Assembly (NCBI GenBank): GCA_036000965.1
Contig: DASYUT010000164.1
Coordinates: 1,932 to 65,931 of the forward strand
Direction of reading: 5' to 3'
DNA from: Actinomycetes bacterium
Lineage (GTDB): Bacteria > Actinomycetota > CALGFH01
Length of the DNA stretch: 64,000 bases
In this document: positions 8,739 to 19,700 of the stretch, piece after piece
How positions within the stretch are numbered: the first letter of the stretch is position 1
Layout of the letters: every line of letters begins with the position of its first letter
The notes under the pieces: generated by a model
The model's database searches: none
What the model saw: only the letters and a program-made list of their open reading frames with translations
What the model was told of the DNA's origin: nothing
Translations under genes and position numbers: made by a program

Positions 8739-9542
8739 TCAGAGGTCGGCCAGGCGGCGGTGCTCCTCGTCGGTGAGGTCGGCGCCGGCCAGGAGGTCGG
8801 GGCGGACGAGGCGGGTGCGCTCCACGGCCTGGGCGCGGCGCCAGCGGGCGACGGCGCCGTGGTCGCCGGAGCGGAGGACCTCGGGGACCTCGAGGCCGCG
8901 GTAGGAGGCGGGGCGGGTGTACTGGGGGTACTCGAGCAGGCCGAGCCGGTCGCCCGCCGCGTCGGGGGTGTCGCGGGTGCCAGCGGCGCCGGGGGTGGCG
9001 GGGGTGGCGGGGACGTCGGGGGTGGCGAACGACTCGTCGCCGGCGGAGGCGGCGTTGCCCATGACACCGGGGACGAGGCGGGCGACGGCGTCAACGACCA
9101 CCAGAGCGGCGGTCTCGCCGCCGGCGAGGACGTAGTCGCCGATGGAGAGGACCTCGTCGACGCGGGTGCGGACCCGCTCGTCAACCCCCTCGTAGCGGCC
9201 GCAGCAGAGGATCACCCGGGGCATGCGGGCCAGGCGGGCGGCGGTGGGCTGGTCGAAGCGGCGTCCGTCGGGAGCGAGCAGGACGACGTGGGCGGGTCCG
9301 GGGGCGTCCGGCTCGGTGGTGAGGTCGTCGAGGGCGTCGAACCAGGGGGCTGGGAGCATGACCATGCCGGCGCCGCCACCGAAGGGGGCGTCGTCGACGG
9401 TGCGGTGGCGGTCGTGGGTCCAGGCGCGCAGGTCGTGGCAGCGGACGGTGACCAGGCCGCGCTCTCCGGCCTTGCCGAGCAGGCCGGTGGCCAGCGGCGA
9501 GTCGAAGAAGCCCGGGAAGATGCTGACGACGTCGAACAGCAC
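8739..9542 (-). CDS. trmD: tRNA (guanine37-N1)-methyltransferase
   Basis: GTG start at 9540-9542. Sequence [25 protein letters not shown]…[19 protein letters not shown]…[12 protein letters not shown]; 267 aa. Contains a Pro/Thr/Ala-rich low-complexity insertion (…[17 protein letters not shown]…). Confidence 0.9.
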   Translation of the reverse strand: MLFDVVSIFPGFFDSPLATGLLGKAGERGLVTVRCHDLRAWTHDRHRTVDDAPFGGGAGMVMLPAPWFDALDDLTTEPDAPGPAHVVLLAPDGRRFDQPTAARLARMPRVILCCGRYEGVDERVRTRVDEVLSIGDYVLAGGETAALVVVDAVARLVPGVMGNAASAGDESFATPDVPATPATPGAAGTRDTPDAAGDRLGLLEYPQYTRPASYRGLEVPEVLRSGDHGAVARWRRAQAVERTRLVRPDLLAGADLTDEEHRRLADL

Positions 9543-9552
9543 GGGGCCGCCT

Positions 9553-10113
9553 TCAGGAGGGGTCGAGCAGGCCGGGAAGGGCGTCGACGACGACCCGGCC
9601 GGCGTCGAGGTCGACGGTGACGAGGGCGGCGACGGCGGGCACGAGCGCGGTCCGGTCGTCGGGGAGCCGGACCGAGAGCAGGTCGTGGGCGGTGCCGGGC
9701 AGGACGTCGGCAACGGTCCCGCAGGGCTCGCCGTCGCGGTCGAGCACGGGCAGGCCGATGAGCTGGTGGGCCCAGAACTCGCCGGGCTCGAGGGGGCGGG
9801 CCTCCTCCACGGGGATGGAGAGCAGGCCGCCGCGCAGGCTGTCGGCGGCGTCGCGGTCGTCGACCCCGTCGAGGGTGAGCAGCAGGCGGCCGTGGTGGCG
9901 GCGGGCGGCGGCCACGACCAGGGGGCGCAGGCCGGTGCCGGTGGCGTGCCCGGTGCCGGTGGCGTGCCCGGTGCCGGGGTCGCCGAGGGCGAGCTCGCTG
10001 CCGGGCGCGAACCGCCCGGGCGCGTCGGAGAGGACCTCGACGGTGACCTCCCCGTGCACACCGTGGGGGCGGAGCACCCGGCCGACCACGAGCCGGGCCG
10101 GGACCTCGGTCAT
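9553..10113 (-). CDS. rimM: 16S rRNA processing protein RimM
   Basis: 186 aa, LVVGRVLRPHGVHGEVTVEVLSDAPGRF…PRB barrel…; carries an internal GTGHATGTGHATGTG repeat. 4-nt overlap with the KH gene. Confidence 0.9.
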   Translation of the reverse strand: MTEVPARLVVGRVLRPHGVHGEVTVEVLSDAPGRFAPGSELALGDPGTGHATGTGHATGTGLRPLVVAAARRHHGRLLLTLDGVDDRDAADSLRGGLLSIPVEEARPLEPGEFWAHQLIGLPVLDRDGEPCGTVADVLPGTAHDLLSVRLPDDRTALVPAVAALVTVDLDAGRVVVDALPGLLDPS

Positions 10114-10373
10114 TCGCCCTCGGCCAGGACCTCGACCTCGACGCGGCTCGCCTGGACCCCGGCACCCAGGGCGCCGGGCAGCGGGGCGACGGCTCTGACC
10201 AGGCGTCGCAGGGCCTTGATGGTGCGCCCGCCCCGCCCGATCAGCTTGCCGACGTCGGCGGGGGCGGCGCGCACCTCGTAGGTGACCCCGCGGCTGCCCC
10301 GCAACTCCTCGACGGTGACCCGCTCGGGGTCGTCGACGAGGGCGCGGGCGAGATAGGCGACGACGTCGCGCAT
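10110..10373 (-). CDS. KH-domain RNA-binding protein (between rpsP and rimM)
   Basis: Start MRDVVAYLARALVDDPERVTVEE…VGKLIGRGGRTIKALRRLV (KH GXXG loop); 87 aa from the ATG at 10371-10373. Confidence 0.85.
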   Translation of the reverse strand: MRDVVAYLARALVDDPERVTVEELRGSRGVTYEVRAAPADVGKLIGRGGRTIKALRRLVRAVAPLPGALGAGVQASRVEVEVLAEGE

Positions 10374-10399
10374 CGGGCTAGTGGCCCCCCTCCGGACGC

Positions 10400-10600
10400 C
10401 TGCCCGGCCGGCGCCTCGCCGGACCGGTCGACGCCTCGCCGGACCCGGCCGGCGCCTCGCCGGCATGGACGTCGCCGCAGCCTGGACGCCACGGGAGCGC
10501 GGCAGCCTGGACGCCACGGGAGCCCGGCGCCGGCCGGGCAGCCCTCGCCTGGGTCGCCCCTGGACGTTCCAGGGTCGGCACGCCCAGGGGCGGCCGGGCA
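10400..10600. repeat. Cluster of short direct repeats in the rpsP-KH gene spacer
   Basis: GCCTCGCCGGA occurs three times; CAGCCTGGACGCCACGGGAGC occurs twice (24-nt period); CGGCCGGGCAGCCCTCGCC occurs twice (50-nt period). Confidence 0.7.
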
Positions 10601-10619
10601 GCCCTCGCCGGGGTCGCCA

Positions 10620-10943
10620 TCAGGAGCGCTTCTTGGGCCCGGCCGTGGCCGCGTACCGCTTGGCCCGCAGCGCCTTGGCGGCTGCCTTCTTCTCGGCGAT
10701 GCCCTCGACCCCGGCGACGGCGAGGAGGTTGGCGACCGCCTCGGTGGGCTGGGCGCCCTTGGCGATCCAGGCGCGCGCCTTGTCGGTGTCGATCTGGATG
10801 CTGGACGGCTCGGTGGCGGGGTTGTAGGTGCCGATGTTCTCGATGAAGCGGCCGTCGCGGGGGCTGCGCGAGTCGGCGACGACGACGCGGTAGGTCGGCG
10901 CCTTCTTCATGCCCATGCGCATGAGGCGGATCTTCACGGCCAT
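10620..10943 (-). CDS. rpsP: 30S ribosomal protein S16
   Basis: [42 protein letters not shown]…; 107 aa from the ATG at 10941-10943. Confidence 0.95.
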   Translation of the reverse strand: MAVKIRLMRMGMKKAPTYRVVVADSRSPRDGRFIENIGTYNPATEPSSIQIDTDKARAWIAKGAQPTEAVANLLAVAGVEGIAEKKAAAKALRAKRYAATAGPKKRS

Positions 10944-11118
10944 GCTGGGATGTGCTCCTTCTCGGGGTGGCCCGCCCGTCCCGGTGGGTCTGCCGTTCCC
11001 CGTTCGTCTGCCTGGTGGCGTCCGGGACCATCCCACATCCGGCACACGGCGGTCGACGTGGGACGACAGCCGCAGAGTGTAGTGCCAACCGCGCCCGTCG
11101 TGCAGGAGCGCGGACATC

Positions 11119-12483
11119 TCAGCGGCCGAGGCCCATCTTGCGCAGCCGCTTGGGGCTCATGGCGGCGAGCTGCTTCATCATCTTGCGGGCCTCGTCGAAC
11201 TGCTTGACCAGCGCGTTGACCTGCTGGGTGGTGGTGCCCGAGCCGCGCGCGATGCGGGCCCGCCTGGACCCGTTGAGGATCTTGGGGTTGGCGCGCTCGC
11301 GCGGGGTCATGGAGCGGATGATCGCCTCCACCCTGGCCAGGTCGCGGTCGTCGACCTCGACCCCCTTGAGCTGCTGGCTCATGCCGGGCAGCATGCCGAG
11401 GACCTGGTTGAGAGGGCCCATGCGCTTGACCTGCTGGAGCTGGTCGAGGAAGTCCTCGAGGGTGAAGCTGGCCTGGCGGAGCTTGCGCTCCATGTCCTCG
11501 GCCTGCTGGCGGTCGACCAGCTCCTCGGCCCGCTCGATGAGGGTGAGCACGTCGCCCATGCCGAGGATGCGGCCGGCGAGCCGGTCGGGGTGGAAGGCGT
11601 CGAAGTCGCCGAGCTTCTCCCCGGTGGTGGCGAACTTGATGGGACGGCCGGTGACCGTGCGGATGGAGAGCGCGGCGCCGCCACGGGCGTCGCCGTCGAG
11701 CTTGGAGAGGACGACGCCGGTGACGTCGACGCCCTCCTGGAACGCGACGGCCGTCTGCACCGCGTCCTGGCCGGTCATCGCGTCGACGACGAGCAGGACC
11801 TCGGTGGGCGCGACGGCGTCCTTGATGGCGGCGGCCTGGGCCATCATCTCGGTGTCGATGGAGAGCCGGCCGGCGGTGTCGACGATGACGACGTCGCGGC
11901 CGGCCCTTTCGGCCTCGGCGCGGGCGCCCAGGGCGACCGCGACCGGGTCGGCCGATCCTCCGACCCCACCCGCCACCCCGCCGGGCCCGGAGCCGTCCTC
12001 GGGCGCGTACACGGGCACCTTGGCCTGCTCGCCGAGCACCCGGAGCTGCTTGACCGCGGCGGGGCGCTGCAGGTCGCAGGCGACCAGCAGTGGCTTGCGG
12101 CCCTTGCCCGCGAGCCAGCGGGCGAGCTTGGCCGCCGTTGTGGTCTTGCCCGAGCCCTGGAGCCCGGCGAGCAGCACCACCGTGGGGGGCCTGGGGGCGA
12201 AGGTGAGCGGCTCGTTGCGCCCGCCGAGGGTGGTGACGAGCTCCTCGTGGACGATCTTTATGACCTGCTGGGCCGGGGTGAGGCTGCGCGTGACCTCCTC
12301 GCCGACGGCCCGGGCGCGCACGCGGCCGATGAAGTCCTTGACGACCTTGAAGTTGACGTCTGCCTCGAGCAGGGCGAGGCGCACCTCACGCAGGGCGGCG
12401 TCGACCTGCGCCTCCGAGAGCCGCCCGTGGCCCCGGAGCTTGGAGAAGACGTCCTGCAGGCGGTCGGAGAGGGTGTCGAACAC
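11119..12483 (-). CDS. ffh: Signal recognition particle protein Ffh (SRP54)
   Basis: GTG start ([20 protein letters not shown]…). GTPase motifs [18 protein letters not shown] and DTAGR are present, followed by the Met-rich M domain (…[10 protein letters not shown]…MMKQLAAM…). The first ~380 aa of the 833-aa ORF in the track are upstream read-through. Confidence 0.9.
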   Translation of the reverse strand: MFDTLSDRLQDVFSKLRGHGRLSEAQVDAALREVRLALLEADVNFKVVKDFIGRVRARAVGEEVTRSLTPAQQVIKIVHEELVTTLGGRNEPLTFAPRPPTVVLLAGLQGSGKTTTAAKLARWLAGKGRKPLLVACDLQRPAAVKQLRVLGEQAKVPVYAPEDGSGPGGVAGGVGGSADPVAVALGARAEAERAGRDVVIVDTAGRLSIDTEMMAQAAAIKDAVAPTEVLLVVDAMTGQDAVQTAVAFQEGVDVTGVVLSKLDGDARGGAALSIRTVTGRPIKFATTGEKLGDFDAFHPDRLAGRILGMGDVLTLIERAEELVDRQQAEDMERKLRQASFTLEDFLDQLQQVKRMGPLNQVLGMLPGMSQQLKGVEVDDRDLARVEAIIRSMTPRERANPKILNGSRRARIARGSGTTTQQVNALVKQFDEARKMMKQLAAMSPKRLRKMGLGR

Positions 12484-12644
12484 GGGTGTGCATCCTTTTC
12501 CATGGAAGGGCTGATCGACGACGTCGACAAGCATAGTGGGCCTTGCGCCGATCATGGTTGCACCATCCCCAAGCGGGGCTGCGGGGGAGGGCGGGCGGCG
12601 GGGATGGTGGTAGCGTTTCGCGGGCGCATCCCAGCGGTGGCCGG

Positions 12645-12702
12645 GACGGGCGGGACCGCAAGGCCTGCCAGGAGACGGGCGGGACCGCAAGGCCCGCCAG
12701 GA
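12645..12702. promoter_or_regulatory. Two 26-nt direct repeats (GACGGGCGGGACCGCAAGGCC[T/C]GCCAGGA) in the divergent ffh / GAF-kinase intergenic region
   Basis: The repeats are separated by 3 nt and lie ~35-90 nt upstream of the kinase start. This is a candidate regulator binding site. Confidence 0.35.
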
Positions 12703-12735
12703 TCGGTCGGGGGACGCGAGTCGGTGGAGGGGCGG

Positions 12736-14598
12736 ATGGCGGACACGCCAGGAAGGGTCTCGGCGTCGGCCAAGCGGGCTGCGGCGCTGGTGGTCGGCCG
12801 CTGGGTCGGGATCGGGGTCGTCTCGGCGCTCCTCCTCGTCCAACTCGCCCGCGAGCGGAGCCCGCTGCTGCTGCTGGCGATGCTCAGTGCCGTGCCGGTG
12901 CTCGGCGCCAACCTGGTCCAGCAGCGGGCGCTGGCCGCCGGGCGGACCGGGACTGTGCGCCGCCTGGGCTGGGTCCTGCTCGCGCTGGACGGGCTGTTCG
13001 TGCTGCTGGCCGTCCTGGGAATGAGCCGGCAGCCGGTCGGCGGCTACTTCATGCTCGGCTGGCTGCCGATCGAGGGGGCGCTTGCCGCGGGCGGGCCCGC
13101 GGCGGTGGCGGGTGGCGCGTTCGCGGTAGCTGCGGTGCTGGCCGAGACCGCCATGCGGCGGAGCGGACTGCCCGTGCCGTCGGCCTACGACGGCTCGCTG
13201 GTGCGCGTCCTCAACCTGGTCGCGATCACCGCGGTCATGATCGCGGTGGAGCGGGCGCTCGGCCGCGGTGAGCAGGCGATGACCCAGCAAACCACCCAGC
13301 TGGCGGCCGCCGTGGAGCGGGAACGGGAGGCGCGCCTGGAGCAGCAGGCGTTTTCCACGATCGTCCTGGCCGGGGTGGCCGACAAGGGCAGCCTCGACGA
13401 GGTGCTGCGCTCGATGACCGACGCGATCGCCAGGACCATGGACTACGAGGCGATGGCGGTCTTCCTGCTCGACCGGCCCGGGCTGCTGCGCTGCAGCTCG
13501 TCGCTCGGGGACTGGCCGGGGCAGGTTGGCGCGGCGATCGTGGTGACCGGCCCGGGCACCATCGTCGGCCAGGTCGCCCAACTGGGTCGGCCGATCCTGC
13601 TCGGCGACCCGGCCGAGCACCCCGACTACTTCGCGGTGGTCCCCGGTCCGCGGTCAGAGATCTGCGTGCCGCTACGCATCGGCGAGCGGGTCATCGGGGT
13701 GGTCAACGTCGAGTCGTCCACCCCCCACCGGTACGACCATGCCGACCTCGACCGGCTCCAGCGGCTCGCCGACCAGCTCGCAGTGGTCCTGGAGCGCGCG
13801 CGGCTGGCCGACCGGGAGGCGGCCACCCTCGCCCGCCTCCACGAGCTGGACCGGCTGAAGGACGACTTCGTCGCCATGACCTCGCACGAGCTGCGCACGC
13901 CGCTGACGGTGATCCACGGCTTCGCCCGCACGCTGCTCCGGCCCGACCTGGAGCTCGACGCGCGTGAGCGGCGCAGGTTCACCGAGGTGATCGACCGGCA
14001 GACCGCACGCCTGAGCCGGCTGGTCGAGGACCTGCTGGCCGCGTCCCGGATGGAGGCGGGCAAGCTCGACATCGTCATGGGCGAGCACGACCCGGCCAAG
14101 CTCCTGACCGAGTACGCCGAGGAGTGGCCGACCGAGCCCTCCCGGGTGGAGCTGGACCTGACCGACGACCTGCCGATCGTGGTCACCGACCCCGACCGGC
14201 TGGCCCAGGTGGTGCGCAACCTGGTCGACAACGGGCTCCGCTACGGCGGCGGCAGCCCGGTCTGGGTGACCGCGCGGCGGGACGGCTCCGACCTGGTGAT
14301 CGAGGTGTGCGACCAGGGCCCGGGGATCCCGGGGGCGGAGCTGGCCCACGTGTTCGAACGCTTCCGGCAGGTCGGTGCCTCGCCCGGCCACCGCGCCGGC
14401 ATGGGGCTCGGCCTGTGGATCACCCGCCAGCTCGTGACCGCCCTGGGCGGCTCGATCCAGGTCGAGTCGGCGCCCGACCGAGGCGCCACCTTCGTGGTGC
14501 GCCTGCCGGGCCGGCAGCCGGAGCCGGCCCGGTCGCGGCCCAGGCCCGCGCCGGCCCGCCCGGCCCAGCCCGCGCCGCCGGCATCCCGGGCCGGCTGA
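12736..14598 (+). CDS. Membrane-anchored GAF-domain sensor histidine kinase
   Basis: MADTPGRVSASAKRAAALVVGRW… with N-terminal TM helices, a GAF region (…VFLLDRPGLLRCSSSLGDWPG…ICVPLRIGERVIGVVNVES…), HisKA (…LKDDFVAMTSHELRTPLTVIHGF…) and HATPase_c (…VRNLVDNGLRYGG…GMGLGLWITRQLV…GGSIQVES…). No response regulator is adjacent. Confidence 0.85.
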   Translation: MADTPGRVSASAKRAAALVVGRWVGIGVVSALLLVQLARERSPLLLLAMLSAVPVLGANLVQQRALAAGRTGTVRRLGWVLLALDGLFVLLAVLGMSRQPVGGYFMLGWLPIEGALAAGGPAAVAGGAFAVAAVLAETAMRRSGLPVPSAYDGSLVRVLNLVAITAVMIAVERALGRGEQAMTQQTTQLAAAVEREREARLEQQAFSTIVLAGVADKGSLDEVLRSMTDAIARTMDYEAMAVFLLDRPGLLRCSSSLGDWPGQVGAAIVVTGPGTIVGQVAQLGRPILLGDPAEHPDYFAVVPGPRSEICVPLRIGERVIGVVNVESSTPHRYDHADLDRLQRLADQLAVVLERARLADREAATLARLHELDRLKDDFVAMTSHELRTPLTVIHGFARTLLRPDLELDARERRRFTEVIDRQTARLSRLVEDLLAASRMEAGKLDIVMGEHDPAKLLTEYAEEWPTEPSRVELDLTDDLPIVVTDPDRLAQVVRNLVDNGLRYGGGSPVWVTARRDGSDLVIEVCDQGPGIPGAELAHVFERFRQVGASPGHRAGMGLGLWITRQLVTALGGSIQVESAPDRGATFVVRLPGRQPEPARSRPRPAPARPAQPAPPASRAG

Positions 14599-14608
14599 GG
14601 CCCCGAGC

Positions 14609-15490
14609 TCAGGGCCGGGTGCCGGCCAGGCCGCCGGCGGGGGTGCCAGGCGGGGCGAGCCGGCGCGGGCGGACGGCTTCCAGCCTGAGCGTGAAGCAGG
14701 AGCCGGCCGGCACGTTGGGCTCGTACCGGAGGGTGGCGCCGTTGGCCTCGGCCAGGCGCTCGGCGATGAACAGGCCCAGGCCGGTCCCCTTCACGGTGGC
14801 CGCCGGACCGGTGGCGACGCGCGCGAAGCGGTCGAACAGCCTCGGGACGAACTCGGGGGGCACCCCCTCGCCGTGGTCGCGCACCCGCAGCTCGACCCAG
14901 CCGTCGCCGGTCTCCCTGGCGTCGGCCTGGACCGGGGGCCGCCCGTGCTCGGCCGCGTTGGCGAGGAGGTTGACAAGGATCTGCTGCAGGTGGGCAGGGT
15001 CGGCCAGGGCGGCGACCCGGGTGGTGGGACGGGCTGTGGCCCCGGCGAGCTGCGGCACCGCGCGGAGGGCCTGGTCGACCGCCAGGTCGAGCAGGACGGG
15101 CACTCGACGGGCCTGCACGGCGCCGGCGTCCAGGCGGTACATGGCCAGGATGTCATCGACCAGCTCGCCGAGGCGGCGCGCCTGCACGTGGATCCGGTCG
15201 ACCCAGTCGAGCTTGAGCTCGTCGGGGATCGCCTCCCACTCGTCGATCGCCATCTCGGCGTACCCGACGATCGACGTCAGGGGCTGCCCGACGTCACGGG
15301 AGAGCACCGCCATGAGGTCGGCGTCGCGCTGGCTGCGCGCGCCCAGCTCCTGGTTGGCGCGCTCGAGCTCGTCGGCGCAGACGGCCGGCGCGGCATCACG
15401 GCGCGGGTCGACGGGGCGCGCGGGGGTGCCGGGCACGGCATCACGGTGCGGGTCGACGGGGCGCGCGCTCGCGCGCCGGTGCTTGGACAC
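14609..15490 (-). CDS. Cytoplasmic histidine kinase (HisKA + HATPase_c, no sensor/TM domain)
   Basis: 293 aa; …DADLMAVLSRDVGQPLTSIVGYAEMAI… (H-box), …LVNLLANAAEHG… (N-box), …GTGLGLFIAERLAEANGATLRYE… (G-boxes). Convergent with the GAF kinase across a 10-nt gap. The N-terminus holds a 42-nt in-frame tandem duplication (PVDPHRDAVPG / PVDPRRDAAPA). Confidence 0.75.
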   Translation of the reverse strand: MSKHRRASARPVDPHRDAVPGTPARPVDPRRDAAPAVCADELERANQELGARSQRDADLMAVLSRDVGQPLTSIVGYAEMAIDEWEAIPDELKLDWVDRIHVQARRLGELVDDILAMYRLDAGAVQARRVPVLLDLAVDQALRAVPQLAGATARPTTRVAALADPAHLQQILVNLLANAAEHGRPPVQADARETGDGWVELRVRDHGEGVPPEFVPRLFDRFARVATGPAATVKGTGLGLFIAERLAEANGATLRYEPNVPAGSCFTLRLEAVRPRRLAPPGTPAGGLAGTRP

Positions 15491-15592
15491 ATCTGTCGTA
15501 TCGGCGGGACCGGGGTGGGGTTGACCCGGTGGCGCCGCCCACGGCCTGGCCCCCCTCGACCGCGGCCAGGCCGTCGATGGCCCGAGCCTGGG

Positions 15593-16777
15593 TCAGGGCT
15601 CCTCGGCCAGGAGAGCGTCGACGAAGGCCTCGGGGTCGAAGGGTGCCAGGTCGTGGGCGCCCTCACCCAGGCCGACGAGCTTGACCGGGATGCCGAGCTC
15701 GCGCTGGACCGCGACGACGATCCCGCCCTTGGCGGTGCCGTCCAGCTTGGTGAGCACGACCCCGGTCACCCCGACGGCCTCGGCGAACTGCCTCGCCTGG
15801 GCGAGGCCGTTCTGGCCGGTGGTGGCGTCGAGCACGAGCAGGACCTCGCGGACGTTGCCGCCGTCGCGGTCCAGGACCCGGCGCATCTTCTTGAGCTCCT
15901 CCATCAGGTTGGTCTTGGTGTGGAGGCGCCCGGCGGTGTCGACCAGGAGCACGTCGGCCTTCCTGGCCCGGGCCGAGGCCAGGCCGTCGAAGGCGACCGC
16001 GGTCGGGTCGGCGCCCTGCTGGTGGCCGACGACCGGGGCGCCGACGCGGTCGCCCCAGAGGGCGAGCTGCTCGGTGGCTGCCGCGCGGAAGGTGTCGGCC
16101 GCGGCCAGGACCGGCTGCTTGCCCTCCTCGGACAGGGCCAGGGCGAGCTTGCCGCAGGTGGTGGTCTTGCCGGTGCCGTTCACGCCGACGACCAGCACGA
16201 TCCCTGGCCGCTCGCTCTCCTCGAGCAGGTCGAGGGCGAGGGTGCGGTCGGCGGTGCCGACCGCGTCGAGCAGCTCGGTCCGGAGCAGGGCACGCAGCTC
16301 CGGGCCGGCGGCCCTGGCCGCCTTGGCCCGCGCCCGCAGCCGCTGGACGAGCTCGGCGGTGGTGGCCACGCCTACGTCGGCGCCGATCAGCGCCTCCTCG
16401 AGCTCCTCCCAGGCCTCCTCGTCGTCGGCCCCCCGGGCGATCAGGCCCGACAGGCCCCGGGAGAACGCGGTGCGGGACCGGCCCAGCCGCTCGCGGAACC
16501 GCCGCCTGGGGGCGATCTCCTCCAGCTCGGGGGCTTCTGGCCGGGTCGCCTGGTCGACCGCAGTAACGGCGGGCCGGTCCTCGGGCAGGATGACGTCGGT
16601 GACCGAGCGTGTCGGGGGTGGGGGTGACCCGGCGTCGTCGCCGACGCCCGGCTCGCGGTCGAGTACCCGGGTGCCACCACCGGGATCGTGCCGGCGACGA
16701 CGCCCTGCGACCAGCGGCACCACGGCGACCAGGGCCACCACGAGGATCACCGCGGCAGCGACGAGCACAGCCTCCAC
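15593..16777 (-). CDS. ftsY: Signal recognition particle receptor FtsY
   Basis: NG-domain motifs VGVNGTGKTTTCGKLA, DTAGR and TKLDGTAKGG; an acidic, low-complexity N-terminal region. The start overlaps the smc stop (ATGA). Confidence 0.9.
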   Translation of the reverse strand: MEAVLVAAAVILVVALVAVVPLVAGRRRRHDPGGGTRVLDREPGVGDDAGSPPPPTRSVTDVILPEDRPAVTAVDQATRPEAPELEEIAPRRRFRERLGRSRTAFSRGLSGLIARGADDEEAWEELEEALIGADVGVATTAELVQRLRARAKAARAAGPELRALLRTELLDAVGTADRTLALDLLEESERPGIVLVVGVNGTGKTTTCGKLALALSEEGKQPVLAAADTFRAAATEQLALWGDRVGAPVVGHQQGADPTAVAFDGLASARARKADVLLVDTAGRLHTKTNLMEELKKMRRVLDRDGGNVREVLLVLDATTGQNGLAQARQFAEAVGVTGVVLTKLDGTAKGGIVVAVQRELGIPVKLVGLGEGAHDLAPFDPEAFVDALLAEEP

Positions 16778-19700
16778 TACCTCACCTCCACCGGGGCGAC
16801 GGCGTCCCCGGTTCCCACCGTCGGGGTTCCCCCGCCGCCCAGGTTGCCACCATTTCGCCCAGGCTGGGAGGCACCGGTCGGGTCCGGCTCGTCGTCGAGC
16901 ACGATGGCGTCCGCCTCCGGCTCGGCCACCCGTGGCCCGGCGGGGGGCGGGCGCTGACCGGCCGGGCGGGCAGGGGCCGGTCGGCGGGCCGGGCGGGCAG
17001 GGGCCGGACGCGCGCCGGCCGGCCAGCGCGCGTCCTCGCGCGACCCGGCCGGCCAGCGCGTGTCCTCCCGCAGCCGCTGGCTGACCACCTTGCTGACCCC
17101 GCCGTCCTGCATCGACACCCCGTAGAGGGCGTCGGCCGCCTCCATCGTGCGTCGCTGGTGCGAGACGACCAGGAGCTGGGCGTGCTCGCGTGTGTCGTCG
17201 AGCAGGTCGAGGAAGCGCTGCAGGTTCACGTCGTCGAGCGCCGCCTCGACCTCGTCGAGGACGTAGAAGGGGCTCGGGCGGGCCCGGAAGATCGCGAAGC
17301 AGAAGGCGAGCGCGACCAGGCTGCGCTCGCCGCCGGAGAGCAGCGACAGCCGGCGCACCCGCTTGCCCGGCGGCCGCGCCTCGACCTCGACGCCGGAGTT
17401 CAGCAGGTCCTCAGGGTCGGTGAGCACGAGCCGACCCTCGCCACCGGGGAACAGCAGGGCGAAGGTGCGCTCGAACTCGCGGGCGACGTCGGCGAACGCC
17501 TCGGCGAAGACCTCGCGGACCCGCTCGTCGACTGCCTTGACGACCTTGAGCAGGTCGCGCCGGCTCTCCTTGAGGTCCTGGAGCTGGCCGGACAGGAACG
17601 CGTAGCGCTCCTCCATGGCGTTGAACTCCTCGAGGGCGAGCGGGTTGACCCGGCCGAGCAGGGTGAGGCGCCGCTCCAGGGCGGTGGCGACGCGGCGCAG
17701 CTCGGCGTCGGGCAGCCGGCGCGGGTCGCCCTCGGGCAGGCTGTCCGAGGCCAGCCCGTGCTCGTCGGGCAGGTACTCCCGCAGGGCGTCCTCTGGGTCG
17801 ACGGCGTACTCCTCGACCAGCCGCCTGGCCAGATCCTCGGCGCGCAGCCGGGCCTCCACCCGGGCCGAGTCGCCTGCCCGGGTGGCGGCCTGGTGGTCGT
17901 CGAGGGCGGCGCGGGCGGAGCGCAGCCGGGCCTGGGCCTCGCCGAGCTCGGCGCGGGCGCGGCGGACCACCTCGACCAGGCGGTCCCGCTCGGCGGTGGC
18001 GGCGGCCAGCGACCCCTCGAGCCGGCCCAGCACGGTCCCGGCCAGCCGGGCCGCCTCGGCGGCGCGGCCGGCGCCGGCCAGGCGCTGGGCCTGGGCGCGG
18101 GCGCGGCGCTCGGCCGCCTCGGCCTCGGCCGCCGCCTGGGCGCGCAGGGCCCGCTCGCGGTCGGCCAGCAGGCGGCGGCGCTCGCCCACCGCGGCGGCGG
18201 CCACCCGGGCAGTGGTGGCGGCCTGCTGGGCCTGCTCGATCGCGTCGGCCAGGGGCTCGCGGGCGGCCGGGTCGGGCGCTGGGGCGCCCTGGCGCTCGGC
18301 CTTCAGGGCGGCGAGCCGGGCCTCGGCGCCAGCCAGCCGGCCGGCGGCGCCGCCCGCTCCCGCGGCCAGCTCGCCGAGCCGGGCGGCGACCGCGGCCGCC
18401 TCGCGCTCGAGCCGGTGGAGCTCCTTGTCCACCAGGGCGAGGCGCTCGGTGACGCCGGAGACGCGTGCGTCGGAGTCCCGGATGGCCGCGGCCGCCGCGT
18501 CGACGTCGGCCTCGAGCGGCTCGAGGGCGCGCTCTGCCGCGCGCAGCCCGGTGGTGAGCGCGGCCAGCGCCGTCTCCGCTTGTCGTTCACGCAAGGCGGC
18601 CTCGTCGGCGGCACGGCGGGCGGCCAGGCCGCTCGCCTCCGGGACCTGGCCGCCCTCGACCCGCCCGGGCGCCACCAGCTCCCCCGCCCGGGTGACCACA
18701 CGGCAGCCGGGGTGGCGCTCGGCCAGCGCCATCGCCTCGCCGAGGTCGGCGGCCACGAGCACGCCGGCGAGCAGCCGCCTGGCCACCTCGCCGGCGGCGC
18801 CGCTGGCCCGGACCCGGCCCGACAGCAGCGGGCCGTCGCCCTCGCCGCCGGGCTCGGCACCGGGGTGGAGGAGGATGGCCCGGCCGCTGCCGGAGTCCCG
18901 CAGCACGGCGGCGGCCGTGGCCGCCGTGCCGGGCGCCTGGACCAGGATGGCGTCGGCGTCGGGGCCGAGCGCGGCGGCCACCGCCGCCTCGTAGCCGGCG
19001 TCCACCGACAGGGACGGTGCGAGAGGGCCGAGGACCCCGGCCGTCCCCGCCCGCTGGAGGGCGCTGAGCGCGTCCCCACCGGCGGCGCGGGCGGTCGCCT
19101 CGAACGCCTGGCGGCGGGCGTGCACGGCGCTGCGCTCGCGCTCGAGCCGGCGCTCCTCCGCGGCGAGCCGGGCACGCTCGGCGGCCTGACGGTCGCGCGC
19201 CTCCTGGACCTTTGCGAGCACCTCGTCCAGGGCGGTCTCGCCCGCTTCCAGCTCGGCGATCTCGCCCTGCATGGCGGCGAGCTGGCCGGCCACCTCGGCT
19301 CGGCGGGCCTCGACGGTCGTGGCCTGGGCACGCAGCCGGGCCGTCTCGGCCTCCATCTGCTCGATCGCGCGCCTGGTGCCCGCGATGTCGCCCGCGAGCT
19401 CCACCTCGCGCTGGTGGGCGCGGGCCCGGTCCCGCTCGGCGCCGGTGGCTGCCTCGTCGAAGGCGGCCAGCTCGGCCCGGGCCCGGGCCCGGGCCGACTC
19501 GGTCTGCTCGCTGGCGGCCGTGGCCTCGGCGAGCGCCCGCTCGACCCCGGCCAGCTCGACGGCCAACTCGTCCGCCTCGCGCTCGAGGTCGGTGGGCGAG
19601 CGGCCCTCGGCGTCCTCGGCCAGGGCCTGGGCGAGGTGCCGGGAGCGCTCCTCGGCCAGGGCCATGGTGCCGCGCAGGCGCTCGCGGACGGTGGCCAGGC

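Noticed and set aside
6977-9184. Long Ser/Pro/Ala/Thr-rich minus-strand ORFs (385 aa, 322 aa and 191 aa) overlapping lepB, rplS and trmD
   Set aside because: These are alternative frames of real genes. Only the C-terminal 117 aa of the 322-aa ORF (L19) is genuine; the rest has no start context and is pure low complexity.
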